A stretch of 63,397 bases of DNA, filler included, from Craspedostauros australis (Eukaryota): assembly GCA_030167865.1 (NCBI GenBank). It is 8 parts of 8 records of this genome, joined end to end, with 100 filler letters (N's around TTAATTAATTAA, not from the genome) between each part and the next. Parts side by side here need not be neighbours in the genome. Positions count along the whole stretch, not along the records: positions 1 to 17,538 come from JALAGF010003268.1; positions 17,639 to 23,919 come from JALAGF010003271.1; positions 24,020 to 39,267 come from JALAGF010003274.1; 5 more parts are not named here. One strand, 5' to 3'. Both the position numbers and the translations under genes were made by a program. The notes under the pieces are model-generated. The model did no database searches and had not been told where the DNA came from. It saw nothing but the letters and a program-made list of their open reading frames with translations. Of this stretch, positions 13,379 through 24,967 are shown piece by piece (the first letter of the stretch is position 1; every line of letters begins with the position of its first letter).

Positions 13379-15199
13379 ATTGGCGAAGTGCCGACGAGGA
13401 GCAAGAACAGTTTCGTTTCTGCATGATAAACCAAGGCGTGGCATGCCATGACTATGGCTATCACTCTCACTATGACCCATCGAAGCAGTCTCTGTGTGGC
13501 ATCAAAGCATGGTAACCACAAATATAGTAGCAAGCGGCGAGGTGTCCTCTCACAATTATCATACCGGCAGTCTAACATGAGCACCCCAGTTTGATTCAAC
13601 AGTGGAAGTTTCTTGCCGTCCATCAGCTTGGCTCGGCCCGCGGCCACGCCCTGAGCCCGTAAGGAACATTCGCGGGGGCGAAGGGGTTACTTGTGCTCCT
13701 GGAAGGTTTCATTCATGCTGCTCTCTGCGTCGCGCAATCCATCAACAAATACAACTACTCTCGACACAAACAAACACTACGATGCATCAGTTGAAAATAC
13801 TCTCGCAATACCACGCGAACACCTCATACTTTCATACTCGTGCTGTGCTCCGTCCGAAGCGCCAGAGAAGATACAACTATTGCCATTACTGGGATGTAGC
13901 TCGTCCACATAGACCCGTGCGACTTAGTGTAGTCGTGCACACACAGCGAATCGACGTTCACCATCTGTGAGCATCACCAACATCGACACGCAGCTCGTTT
14001 CGTGAGGTTGGGACCTTCACCAAACGCCCCGCCTCCGAACACACAGCATGCGATTGACTCAGACGCAGGTGGGACAGGCCTCTCTGTGTTAGATCTTGCG
14101 GCCTGTCGTGGCTGGTATGGTGCACAGAAGTTGTGGGCGGCTGACCACGCCCCCATCTTGTTGCGGGTCCTTTTACCTTGTTGTGTGCGTGCGGACAAAT
14201 GGGCGGTCTCGTCCACACCACTGCAGCATCTCTTTGTGTCAGGAAACGCGACCAATTGCATGGTCTCCATGCGTCACAACTCGGATGTTTGGTCCTTGTT
14301 GCCGTCGATGCAAGTCACGAACAGGTTCTTGATGAAAGATCGTCACGCAGCTCGACTTGGTGCACACAGCGGGACGGGGACTGTCGACGAGGTGCACGGA
14401 TGCGGTCTTCAAGTCAGGTTGTTGTTGGCTTGTCCGCCACATTTGAGACATGACAACACCGAAGCGAAGGGATGCACTGGCGTTTGCAAAGTGGCAACGC
14501 AGAACCATCACAGGAGAAAAGAGGCTCCGGCCCTTGTGATGACCTCCTGGCTCGCGACTGCACGGTTGGGTGGTGTCAGTCCACAATTCTTGCATCTTTC
14601 GGCACTGAGGTCGTGCCCGTGTGTACCTGTAACAATACCGCCTCCCTTGATACAAATTCTCTGATCGCTTCCGCCATGTTTACGACGTGATCTTCGTCAT
14701 GATGAAAACACGAAGCACTTTTTCGCTGCAAACCAAAGTGTTGGTGACATCGGCGTCACAAAACCCAGTGCAACTGCTTCTCCTTTCTCCCAACAACGAA
14801 TGCAGTGAAGGCGCAGCAAAGTACGGCCAAGCCCCCTTGGAGAAGTACCTCTTAGCGTTCGGCAGGGGAGAACTGAGAACTCAAACCAACAACCGAAGGA
14901 GAAAACGACTCTGGTGTCGCCCTGTTGCCAAAAACATGATTGGGCCAGAACTCCTCCCTTGGTGGGAAGCAGTGAACATGTTCTTTGTACCCTCGGTCCG
15001 AGCTCGGACCAGGCCGGTACGAGCAGCTCCAGAACACGAGTCCAAACGTCCCGATTTCTGCGAATCCCTCCACCAAGAGCCAAGAGACAAGACCGCGACA
15101 GGAGACTCTCCATCCCAACCCAGGGCTGCTTGTCAACAACCACAGGTACAGAAACTCACTTTTGTTGGTACCTCTTCGTCATAAATTCTAACAATCGCA

Positions 15200-17350
15200 A
15201 TGTATCTGCCCAAGATGGACCAGCAAACGATGCCCATCGTGGACGATGGGACCCAGTCTGCTTACGGCGATGGAAACGACGTTGACAGCACCTTTGCGAC
15301 TGATGATGGTACCAACGAGATCGAAGAAGTTCGTCACGAGTCTCGCTGGGATACAATCAAGGTCCGCATCTGGCGTATTCTTTTGACCGCATCGTTGCTC
15401 ATCACAGCCTGCGCAGTCACGTGGATCACCTACCGATCTCTCGACGATGAGCAGAACGACAACTTTGAGACCGCGGTGAGTTCATCGAACCATGAACGTG
15501 TCACAACGTCGTCACTCGCCGAGTGTCAACGTCATCTCGGTCCGTGTGAAGCTTCCACGAGTCTCTTGCCAGCGGCATCGCGTTGTACAAGCACACACCT
15601 CTCACACTCCAAACCTCTTCCCTCTTGTCCTATCGTGCTATGCTGTACCATACTATGCCATGATCTGCATACTCTACTTTCTCGGATGCATCATTCCCAT
15701 CTGCTCGATCCCTGAATGCCTCGTCTCGCCTCACACACCACACGCCACGAAACATGGAATGCACTATACACAACATGCAATACACAACACGGCCAACAGT
15801 TCGAACAATTCTCGAGAACTATCGGCGATGCCGCCGTGGACCAGCAGGAGGCCTTGCACCTTGCCTACTACGGTTTTGCTGACACGATCTCGTCACAAAC
15901 CGACGGAAGCGGGAAAGAGTGGCCATTCGTCTCGATCCCATTCTTCAACAAGAATGCAGCCACTGTATTGAAGGAATCTAGAAGTGAGGGGCTCCTACTG
16001 AGTCACGTCGTGAAGTCGGAGCAGCGAGAGGCGTGGGAGAACTGGACCATCCATCATCACATCGATCTGGTGGAGGAGGCCCACATGCTGGAGGATGGCA
16101 ACCTCGACGATCTCAATCCCGTCGGGTTCCACCCCTTCATCTCCCAGTTCGCACGAAATGGATCATTCATTCCTGACAAAGAGCGTTCCATGCACTTTCC
16201 AGTGTGGGAATACGCACCTGCTCCCTTCACCTTCGGTTTCATAAACTGGAATGCGCTGAATGACCAAACGAGGATCAACGCCCTTTTCAAGCTTAGTGAC
16301 GAACTGCTTTACAGCGACATTGATGCCTACTACGATGCCTCTCTCGGCGTCGCTTTCACTGAAGAAGAACACGAAGCCATGCACTCTCAACTTGGCGACT
16401 CTGATGTCAGCCATCCCCACAGCTACTTCGATCTCCCAGTGCACAAGAAGGTGGGCGATCCAAGCTCTGAGGTCGTCGCAATCCTCAGCGGCGCTGTTGC
16501 TTGGGATGCATCTCTGAACAAACTCTTGCCGGATGGAGTGGAGGGTATCATCACAGTGGTAAAGAACACATGCAACCAATCCTTCACATACGAAATCATC
16601 GGAGCTGACGCTGTCTTTCTGGGAAATGGTGAGTCACAAGCTCTTCGCTACACTGGTCTCATGTTGTGAACAAAGAAGCAGAAACCAATGCCTTCAACTG
16701 TGCACATATTGCACCTCCGGAGTCCGAATACCGTACTTGCTCCACCAACACGATCTAACCCACCCTCTGCTCTCCACACATTCTCCGTGCTTCGTGCTTC
16801 ACACTTGCATGCCCCACAGGCGACAAGCATGACACGAAATACGACAAGTTCGAAAAGTCTGTCACTCTCTCCCAGCCCANGAACAAGACCCGTCTTGCGA
16901 ACGANCCAGGACATTGCATGTACACCATGCACATCTACCCGTCGCAAAGATTTGAGGACANGTACGACACCTTCACNCCCGAAAGGTTCGGAATCATCGT
17001 CATGGCGACCTTCGTCTTTGTCATCGCCGTTTTCTTCGTCTACGACCTGTTCGTCTACAAGCGAAACGAAAACCTGGTGGAGAATGTTGCAAGATCCAAT
17101 GCCATCGTATCATCCTTGTTTCCCAAGAACATCCGCCGCCGATTGTTGGAGCAGGAAGCGATTGCTCGCAACAGCGCAGGTGGCGATGGCAAGACAGCAG
17201 CCAACAAACGCATCGCAAACTTGAAGAACTATCTCAGCGGACACACGTCGGAGGATTCGGCGAACGAAAAGCCATTGGCCGATCTGTTCCTGGAAACGAC
17301 CATTCTGTTTGCTGACATCGCTGGTTTCACAGCCTGGAGCTCAGTCCGAG
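15200..17350 (+). CDS. Receptor-type adenylate/guanylate cyclase, 3'-truncated by the contig end; exons 15200-15475, 15800-16628, 16820-17350
   Basis: N-terminal TM segment, extracellular sensor region, second TM (FGIIVMATFVFVIAVFFVY), then RSNAIVSSLFP and the class III cyclase start KPLADLFLETTILFADIAGFTAWSSVR. Canonical splice sites. Confidence 0.88.
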
Positions 17351-17538
17351 GTAAGCGGTTGCGCCCGTAGTGTTGTCCGAGAGCTTGAATTGCACTGTCG
17401 TTAATATCCGACGTTGTTGTTGCCATTGCTGCTATCATTGCTGCTGCCATTGCTACTGCTGATGTGCTGCCGCCGCTGCTTCGCCATCGTCCTTCTCACG
17501 TTTTCTGGATTATGCTTTGGATTGCTTCGTTTCAACCC

Positions 17539-17638
17539 NNNNNNNNNNNNNNNNNNNNNNNNNNNNNNNNNNNNNNNNNNNNTTAATTAATTAANNNNNN
17601 NNNNNNNNNNNNNNNNNNNNNNNNNNNNNNNNNNNNNN
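17539..17638. other. Artificial 100-nt contig spacer (N...TTAATTAATTAA...N); identical spacers at 23920-24019, 39268-39367, 42284-42383, 45406-45505, 49913-50012, 59348-59447
   Basis: The same six-frame-stop 12-mer sits inside N runs, with a total length of 100 nt each time. Confidence 0.98.
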
Positions 17639-18589
17639 AATAGGCGAAGAGAGATGGGTGTTGGAATGGTGCGCGCACACACATGCGAGGAGATGAGTTG
17701 GTTGTTGATGCGTTGCCAAAATGTGGAGACCGACAACAATTCACTCCCATCATCATCCCTGGTGCATTTTTCTCTCAACTCGACTTCCCCAACACAAGGA
17801 AGGACATCGCTCCATCAATAGCACGACAGAGTCGAGGACGAGTTGAGGCGACGTAGTTGGCATGTGGCGTTATGTGTCCAATGGCCAGATGGATCATCGG
17901 TGCGCACTTGAACGTATCCATTCTGTTCTATAATGTTCTACAATCATTGAGTGGAACGCTCTGCAGCACTACAGTTCTATTCGAATGCAGTATTGTGCTC
18001 ATCTGCAAACATGATAGTATGACAGCGTTGTGCCGAGATCAGATAACGGCGGTGATGCTCTTGTTCATGTGTTGGATGGGCACCAGACTGTCATCGCCCT
18101 GTGTCCAGGAACGACGACGCCCAAGACAACGCCAGCCACTGCTGAGTGTGATTGTTCATTCATTCGCAACGCATGTGTGCAATGGCTTATCATTGGGAGA
18201 TCTATTCTATGATTCCGTATCTTTCGTTGCATACTTCATTGTTTCGTTCCTCCATCGCTTCATTTGCGTGTTGCTTCATTCTGCGATCCACTCATTCAGC
18301 CAATCATGTGTGCAGACAGAAGCGTTTTGTGGACTGCCTTGTGTATGGTATGGTACATCCACCTCCCGTCCGACTCGCTCGTTGTGGAATCAGTCTCCGA
18401 ACAATCAAATGCAACGGCTGTGACCCACCTTTACCTTCAATTGAAAGGAAATTCACGCATCTGACCACGAGCCGGGTAGTGGTTGGCACATGCCCATGAT
18501 AGACCACTGATGTCAGGAATTTGTGAGAAATGTGAAGATTTCTGATTGGTCGACGGGTGTCACTATTGTTAGAGATATGGTGTTGCGCT

Positions 18590-20160
18590 GATAGACTCAG
18601 TGCGGATTGTGCTGACCATCGCTGCGATGAACGACCTGGAGGTGCTGGCATGTGACATCCAGAATGCATACCTGGCAGCGGAATACCGAGAGAAGGTCTG
18701 GACCAGGGCAGGGCCGGAGTTTGATGATGAGGAAGGACAGATCATGCTCGTGTGCAAAGCCTTGTACGGGTTGAAGTCCTCCGGAGTAGCATTTCGGGCC
18801 AAATTGGCAGGTGTACTGCATGACACCTCGTTCCGATCGTCAAAGGCCAATCCAGACGTATGGCTACGAGCGGCTACCAAACCTGACGGTTTCGAATACT
18901 ACATGGTCGTGCTCTGCTATGTCAACAACGTGATGGCAATGAGCCATATGCCCAGCGAGGCCATTGATGGCATTGCTTCCGTCTTCAAATTGAAAGGGAA
19001 CAAGGTTGAGCCGCCAGACATGTATCTTGGTGCATCGCTCAGTCATAATAGCAATGATCACGGCACGCGGTGTTGGAGTGTGTCATCAGAGAAACACTGC
19101 AAGGCAGCTATCGAGAATGTCAAGGAGAAGCTGGCCAAGCAAGGACTACAACTACCATCAGGATGCCGAACACAATTCACTTGCACCTACCATTCAGAAT
19201 ATGATCAGATGCCAGAACTCAAAGCAGACGGACTGCGGCGGTTCCAGGAGCTGATCGGAGTGCTGCGATGGGTGATTGAGATTGGCAGAGTCAACATGTT
19301 GCTGGAAGTGTCACTGCTGTCATCCCACCTTGCCATGCCACAGGTCGGACATCTTGAGCAGGCTTACCACATCTTTGGATACCTGAAAAATACTTCGTGA
19401 CGGGCGATGCTGATGGACCCTGACCACCCCAGGATATCAGAAGATTGCCTCCAGTCATTCGAATGGGAGGACTTCTACCGCGATGCTGAAGAAGCCACGC
19501 CAATGGACATGCCAGAGCCCAGAGGCAAAACAGCATTGACACATTGCTTCGTGGATGCCAACCACGCAGCTGACAAGGCGACAAGGTGATCGCGAACAGG
19601 GATACTCATCTTCCTGAATCGTGCGCCAGTTCTATGGTACAGCAAGATGCAGAACTCAGTGGAGACCTCCACCTTTGGGTTGAAGTTCACTGCAATGAGG
19701 CTCGCGGTGGAGATGGTGTCGTCGCTTCGATACAAGCTGCGCATGTTTGGGGTACCTATTGAGGGACCGACGAATATATTCTGCGACAAAGAGGCAGTCT
19801 TCAAGAATGCATCAACTCCCCACTCGACACTGTCAAAGAATCACCACAGCATCTCCTACCACCGATGCCAAGAGGCTGTTGTCAGCGGTATCATTCGCAT
19901 AGCGAAAGAGGATACCATGACAAACCTGGCGGACATATTCACGAAGACAATGGCAGCCCCAAAGCGTGAGATGCTGCTTGGTCGATTCTTGTACTAATGA
20001 GATAGACAACAGAGTTCCATACAGAGTTGCAAACTGAGTCGCGATGCGCGAGGTTTTTGGTAGGCAAAATGCCATTTCCCTACGCGCCAAAATAGGGGAC
20101 ATTGGGCAGACACAGAGGGCGATCCAGGGGGTAGACAAGTGCCTACACAACGAGGGGACA
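18590..20160 (+). mobile_element. Decayed Ty1/copia (CoDi-like) retrotransposon: RT-RNase H fragment followed by a polypurine tract
   Basis: Motifs DSVRI, CDIQNAYL, KALYGLKSSG, FQELIGVLRW, FVDANHA, WYSKMQNSVETSTFG, HHSISYH, NLADIFTK in copia RT-RNase H order. Catalytic YVDD reads YVNN. In-frame TGA at 19398-19400 and 19587-19589. PPT-like GAGGGGA at 20152-20158. Confidence 0.93.
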
Positions 20161-21532
20161 GAATGAGTTTAGAGATCATACGGGTCGGACCGTCTGGCGG
20201 TCGACCGGTGCAGCCATCCAATCTTGTGCAGTGACTCCTACGCGCCACCGGTCTAGTGGTATCGGACGTGAGCATGTGTCAGCAACAGAATCCTATCAAA
20301 GTAGGAGAGAACACACAATTTTGAGGACCACAGCTCGAAACAGCAGCAGCAACAACAACAGCCACCAACACTAGATAGGATCGTCTTCTGTGTGTCTTGA
20401 GGTCTCTCCTTTGCAGCATCTACCAACTCCCAAGCGTCAGAATTCATTGTGTTCTTCTCCTCGCGGTGTATTGTGTGGTTGAAGATAGATTTCAGAATGA
20501 TTCAGACGACTCCCTCAGAAAAATGGAGTCGGAGAACCGAGTTTGGAGAACACCCACGCGAAACGTGTCTCGAATTCCATGTGACGAAAGTGGAGTGGAC
20601 GAAACACGATGGTGATGGATCTTGTGCCAGACAAGGAACACAAAAACCTCACCCTCTCTCGTTCTTGCTCTCTCATTCTCTCCCTCTCTTTGGAGTAGAG
20701 GCAACAACTCCAGCGAGTTCATCATCAAACAATGCTTGCCACGAAGCCGTGCATTCCGAAATCCACGCTGCCGAAAATGGACCAGAGCAACCAACACCAA
20801 GGGGGAAGGCAAAGACACCACTGAAAAAGAGATAGTGCAGCAAAGCCTGAGTGTTCTGCGAGTCTACTCCGTATGGTTGGCGCTGCACAAAGACGCACAA
20901 ACGCATTCAAACAGACATGAAGTTGAGGAGACCAAGAACAACAAGTTGCTGTTGTGAGCGTGCCTGTCGAACACTCTCTCGAGACTTTCCTCGTTCCGCG
21001 CTTGCAGACACATCGAAGAGAGCGCAGCCATTGTCATCATAATTATCATCATAATCACAATCATCATCAACAACATCGACGTCGACATACCCACAACACT
21101 CAACACTCAACCATCAGAACCAGCCACGCCTTCGCTAGACCCCACAGTCCCCGTATTGGTTATTGGTTGGCTGAGGAGTCCTCGTGGAGCAGTGGAGAAA
21201 GCACACACATACACAGCCTCATACACAGACGGATTCATCGCAGGTAGCGAACAGGGCTGCTGCCACTGCAACTGCCACTGCACAACACGATAGCATACGA
21301 TCTAAGGCTGTCCGAAGGCGACCGAAGGAATCAAAGCTGAACGGAGCCTGACTGGAGTTCTCACGAAGGCAGAACAACACAAGACAAGGTGAGCAGAATC
21401 AAACATTGTTGTTGCTATTGATGACACCAACACTCACAACAACACTCACAACAACACCAGAACTCCACGGTTTCTTGTTGCTGTCGCCCTTTCGCCTCCA
21501 ATCACTTTCGCCGAACGGCTGTCAACAGCAAG

Positions 21533-23919
21533 ATGAGCGACGACACGCCGATGGCAGTCGGCGGCACTCAAGAGGCAACGACTGCGGACCAGACAACACT
21601 CAACGAGCTCAACTCAATCTTCGACAATGTGCCTTTCTGGGCCAATGAAACGAGCCTCGAAGAGGGCGAAGCTCGGCAACGTCTGAAGAAAAAAATCGAA
21701 GAGGACCTTCAAAAGCGAGGCAAGACATGTTCAGAGAGGAGATTCAACAACGCGCTTGTGTCAGAAAAATACGACAGGGATCGCATTCTCCACCAGGTCC
21801 GTGAAAATGGTGACGCGCCAGGTTTGGAAGCACGCCTCCTCGAATCCATCGACATTGATGATGCAACCTTGACCGAACAATGGCTCTCGGCTTGGCTTCG
21901 TGTCAAGAATGCAATCCCCAAGTGCATCCTCGACGCTGTGCGACAATCCAACAACGATCTCAAACTCGCTGATCCTACTCACCCACGCCGATCAGTTCTC
22001 AACCTGTTGAAGGAGATCCGCGGTTACGACCCCAATGGCTTTCGTCGTCTGAAGTACACCTCGAACATCATCCACCGAAATGAAACTGAATACGCACACT
22101 ACATCGGCAAGGCCAACTTTCGACATGGAGGAAGTATCGGTATGGTCCCCAAACAAGTCTTCATCAACGCGTCGATCCGACGAGGATACCTCCACGACGA
22201 CCGGGTTCATGTGTACCACGAAGAGAGTGGTAGCGGCAAGACCGTTGAGCTTGCGGCGAGCGCATTTACCAGAGACGCTCTGTTCACCATCATGCTCGAC
22301 ACTGACGATGTGAAACTTCTCGCTTCATGGAATGATGATGCAGTCAAGGAAGACCGAATGAACAAATCCTGGACGAAGCTCACAAGTGAAGTCAAATCGG
22401 TCCTCACGAGAGACGAAACAAGTCTCGACAGGCTTGTCAACTTCCTGAAAGTGTTGGATGGTAAGATGCAAGAGAAGACCACACTTTTCATCGTCGTTGG
22501 GATTGACGAAGCAAGCAAGTCCCCAAACTTCGTCCGGGCCATCATCCAGAGCCACAGAGACTTTGGAACGGATCTGGGGAAGTTCATCCAGTACAGATGC
22601 ACTAAAAAGTTGATGGAGAAAGACATCCTCCCTCTATCAGGAGCACCACAAGGCTCTTCGAATGCAAGCAAACCGAGCTTGTCCTTTCAGGAGTCCAACA
22701 ACAAGCTGACAGACTTGGAACGAAGCGGACACCTCTGTCCTCTCAAGCACATTCACATCAAAGTCCTATTCTCTGTGGCAGGCACCGGTGCCACCCAAAA
22801 ACCGACGGGATCAATCCCCAAGAGCTTCACTCACCTCAATACTTCTGCAAAGGTGAACCCCGCAGACGTCTACTACATTCTTCGCAGCGAATACACGCAA
22901 GGCGGCAAGCCTACCATCATACCAGAGTACACAGAGGTTAAGAAGTTCCCTCTTCTCAAGGCCATCGTTGATTCCAACGCCCGGATGATCTCGATCTACA
23001 TGCGAGTGTCAAGAAGTCAAGAAGACATCAACCGAAGCAACGGAAAGAAGTCAAGTGAGAATGAATACGAGCAGAATGCCATCCTTTCCGAAACCTTCAA
23101 AGTCTTCATGAAAAGCAATGGCATGAAAACTCTGGTGCACAATCCGTACCTTGCGCGGCTCACAGCATCCCAGGCTTTGGCAGTTCTTCTTTTCCAACAG
23201 AATGAATCTTTCAGCAAATCGCTCACCAATGATCAACTGAACAACATGGATTACGGGATCACCTTCCAACGCTTCAAGGGCGACGCGGGCGATGCCATCA
23301 TGCATCGGTTGGTCGTCACGTATGGCTTAGTCACTGCAAGGCCACTCAGAGGTGATGGTAGCTTCAAGCCGCAGGCAAGTCCATTCGCGCTCAGCGATGC
23401 CATGCAGCTCCTTTGCCTTTGGCTCATTCAAGGCGGTGAAGCAATTGCGGCTGAGAAATCGTTTCTNGGAACAACCTCAGCNAGCTTTGAGNCTCTCACT
23501 GCGTTGCTGGCCGGGGCCGCCATCGCTGCGTCCTCCGTCGTGAAGAAGGATAAGCACGGGCGCGTCGTTGCTGCTCCCGCCAATGGTCCCAATCCAAACA
23601 CGGTTGGGCAGCAGGAAGCAGACATCTTTGCTGCTCTGCGCAAGGTCGGCATGAGAATCGAAAAATGGGTGACGACCAACAACAACATGTTTTCCCACTA
23701 CGCATGCGGAACGACCAGCAAAGACTCAGTTGTGGAAAACGGCCCCGGCCATCTCTTTTGGTCTCTCAAGGGCACCCACCCGGCACTACTTCCAAGAGAC
23801 CTCGGGATTGCTCGGGTGTACTTCCACAAGTCAACGATGACTTGCGTCGAGACCGAAGCGGACAAGCAGCGCATCATGGATGCTGCTGCAAACAAGCCGG
23901 GCGCTGTATTTGGCAAAAT
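21533..23919 (+). CDS. Large P-loop NTPase, Crinkler/RHS-like, 3'-truncated by the contig end
   Basis: Open frame of ~795 codons. Walker A-like ESGSGKT (~22223-22243), Walker B-like FIVVGIDE, then VLFSVAGTG and SNARM motifs. Confidence 0.65.
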
Positions 23920-24967
23920 NNNNNNNNNNNNNNNNNNNNNNNNNNNNNNNNNNNNNNNNNNNNTTAATTAATTAANNNNNNNNNNNNNNNNNNNNNNNNN
24001 NNNNNNNNNNNNNNNNNNNTGTGTGATGTGTTTTGTGTGATGTGTTTTGTGTCATGTGTGTTGTGACGAGCAAAATGTGAGATCATGTCGCAGATGCTAA
24101 CGTGTATTTAACGCGTACCAAACGAACGACAATCCCGGCGTCTATTCCGTGACTGGATGACATGGGGTAAATGCACGAGAACATAATCGAACTTTCTGCG
24201 AAACAACTAGGAAGTTCACGGGGGTCGACCCATACGACTTCACAAAACNNNNNNNNNNNNATAAAACTTAAAATAGGATCTAACTAAAAAATCCATCGGT
24301 TAATTATTTGTATTAGACCTGCAAGGATTACGAATATGTGCTTGGTTGGGATATTCAAGATAAATTTTGTAGACGCCAATAACGGAGTGCAGGTCGACTC
24401 ACTGATCGGGCTCGTATGTGTGCGATCGATGCAATTCATCGGACAGATTTGGCATCAAATACTCACTCACGGGTATGGCTTGATGACTCGCATCACCACA
24501 TACCCGCGAGGACAACGGTTGACCTTGGTCGACATGGGCTCGTCCACAACGTGTTGAAGTTTGATAGTTCCACCATACTTGTGCTGGTGCACGACGTGCT
24601 AGTAATCTACACTAACGGACGTAGACTTGACACTGGTGAATCAACGAATCAACCAACGAATCAACCAACAAACCAAATGTCTTTTTGATCTTTTGCGCTT
24701 CCGAGTGACCGAGAATGGTGCGCTGCGTCCTGTCACATTTTGCGGTTCTCGCAGATCGCGCATCTGCCGACATCCACAACAAGCCACAAAAGAACCAGCG
24801 CCTCTTCTTCGGCATCAAGAGAGCAAAGCCCACAGCAATTACAAGAGTGCATTCCCAATACTCGTAGCTCAGGCTTCCTCTTCGCCTTGCCCTAACGAGG
24901 TGCGATCTGGCTTGCAACCACCTCGATACGGGCGGATCCACACGGACAAGAACGAAGAGTAAGTGAG

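Noticed and set aside
13600..15190. ORFs of 120-220 aa between SDH2 and the cyclase
   Set aside because: Random-like composition with no motifs.
17583..17594. Recurrent TTAATTAATTAA motif
   Set aside because: Artificial six-frame-stop linker inside the N spacers.
20164..20494. Possible 3' LTR (TG...CA) after the copia PPT
   Set aside because: No second copy or TSD in the window to fix its boundaries.
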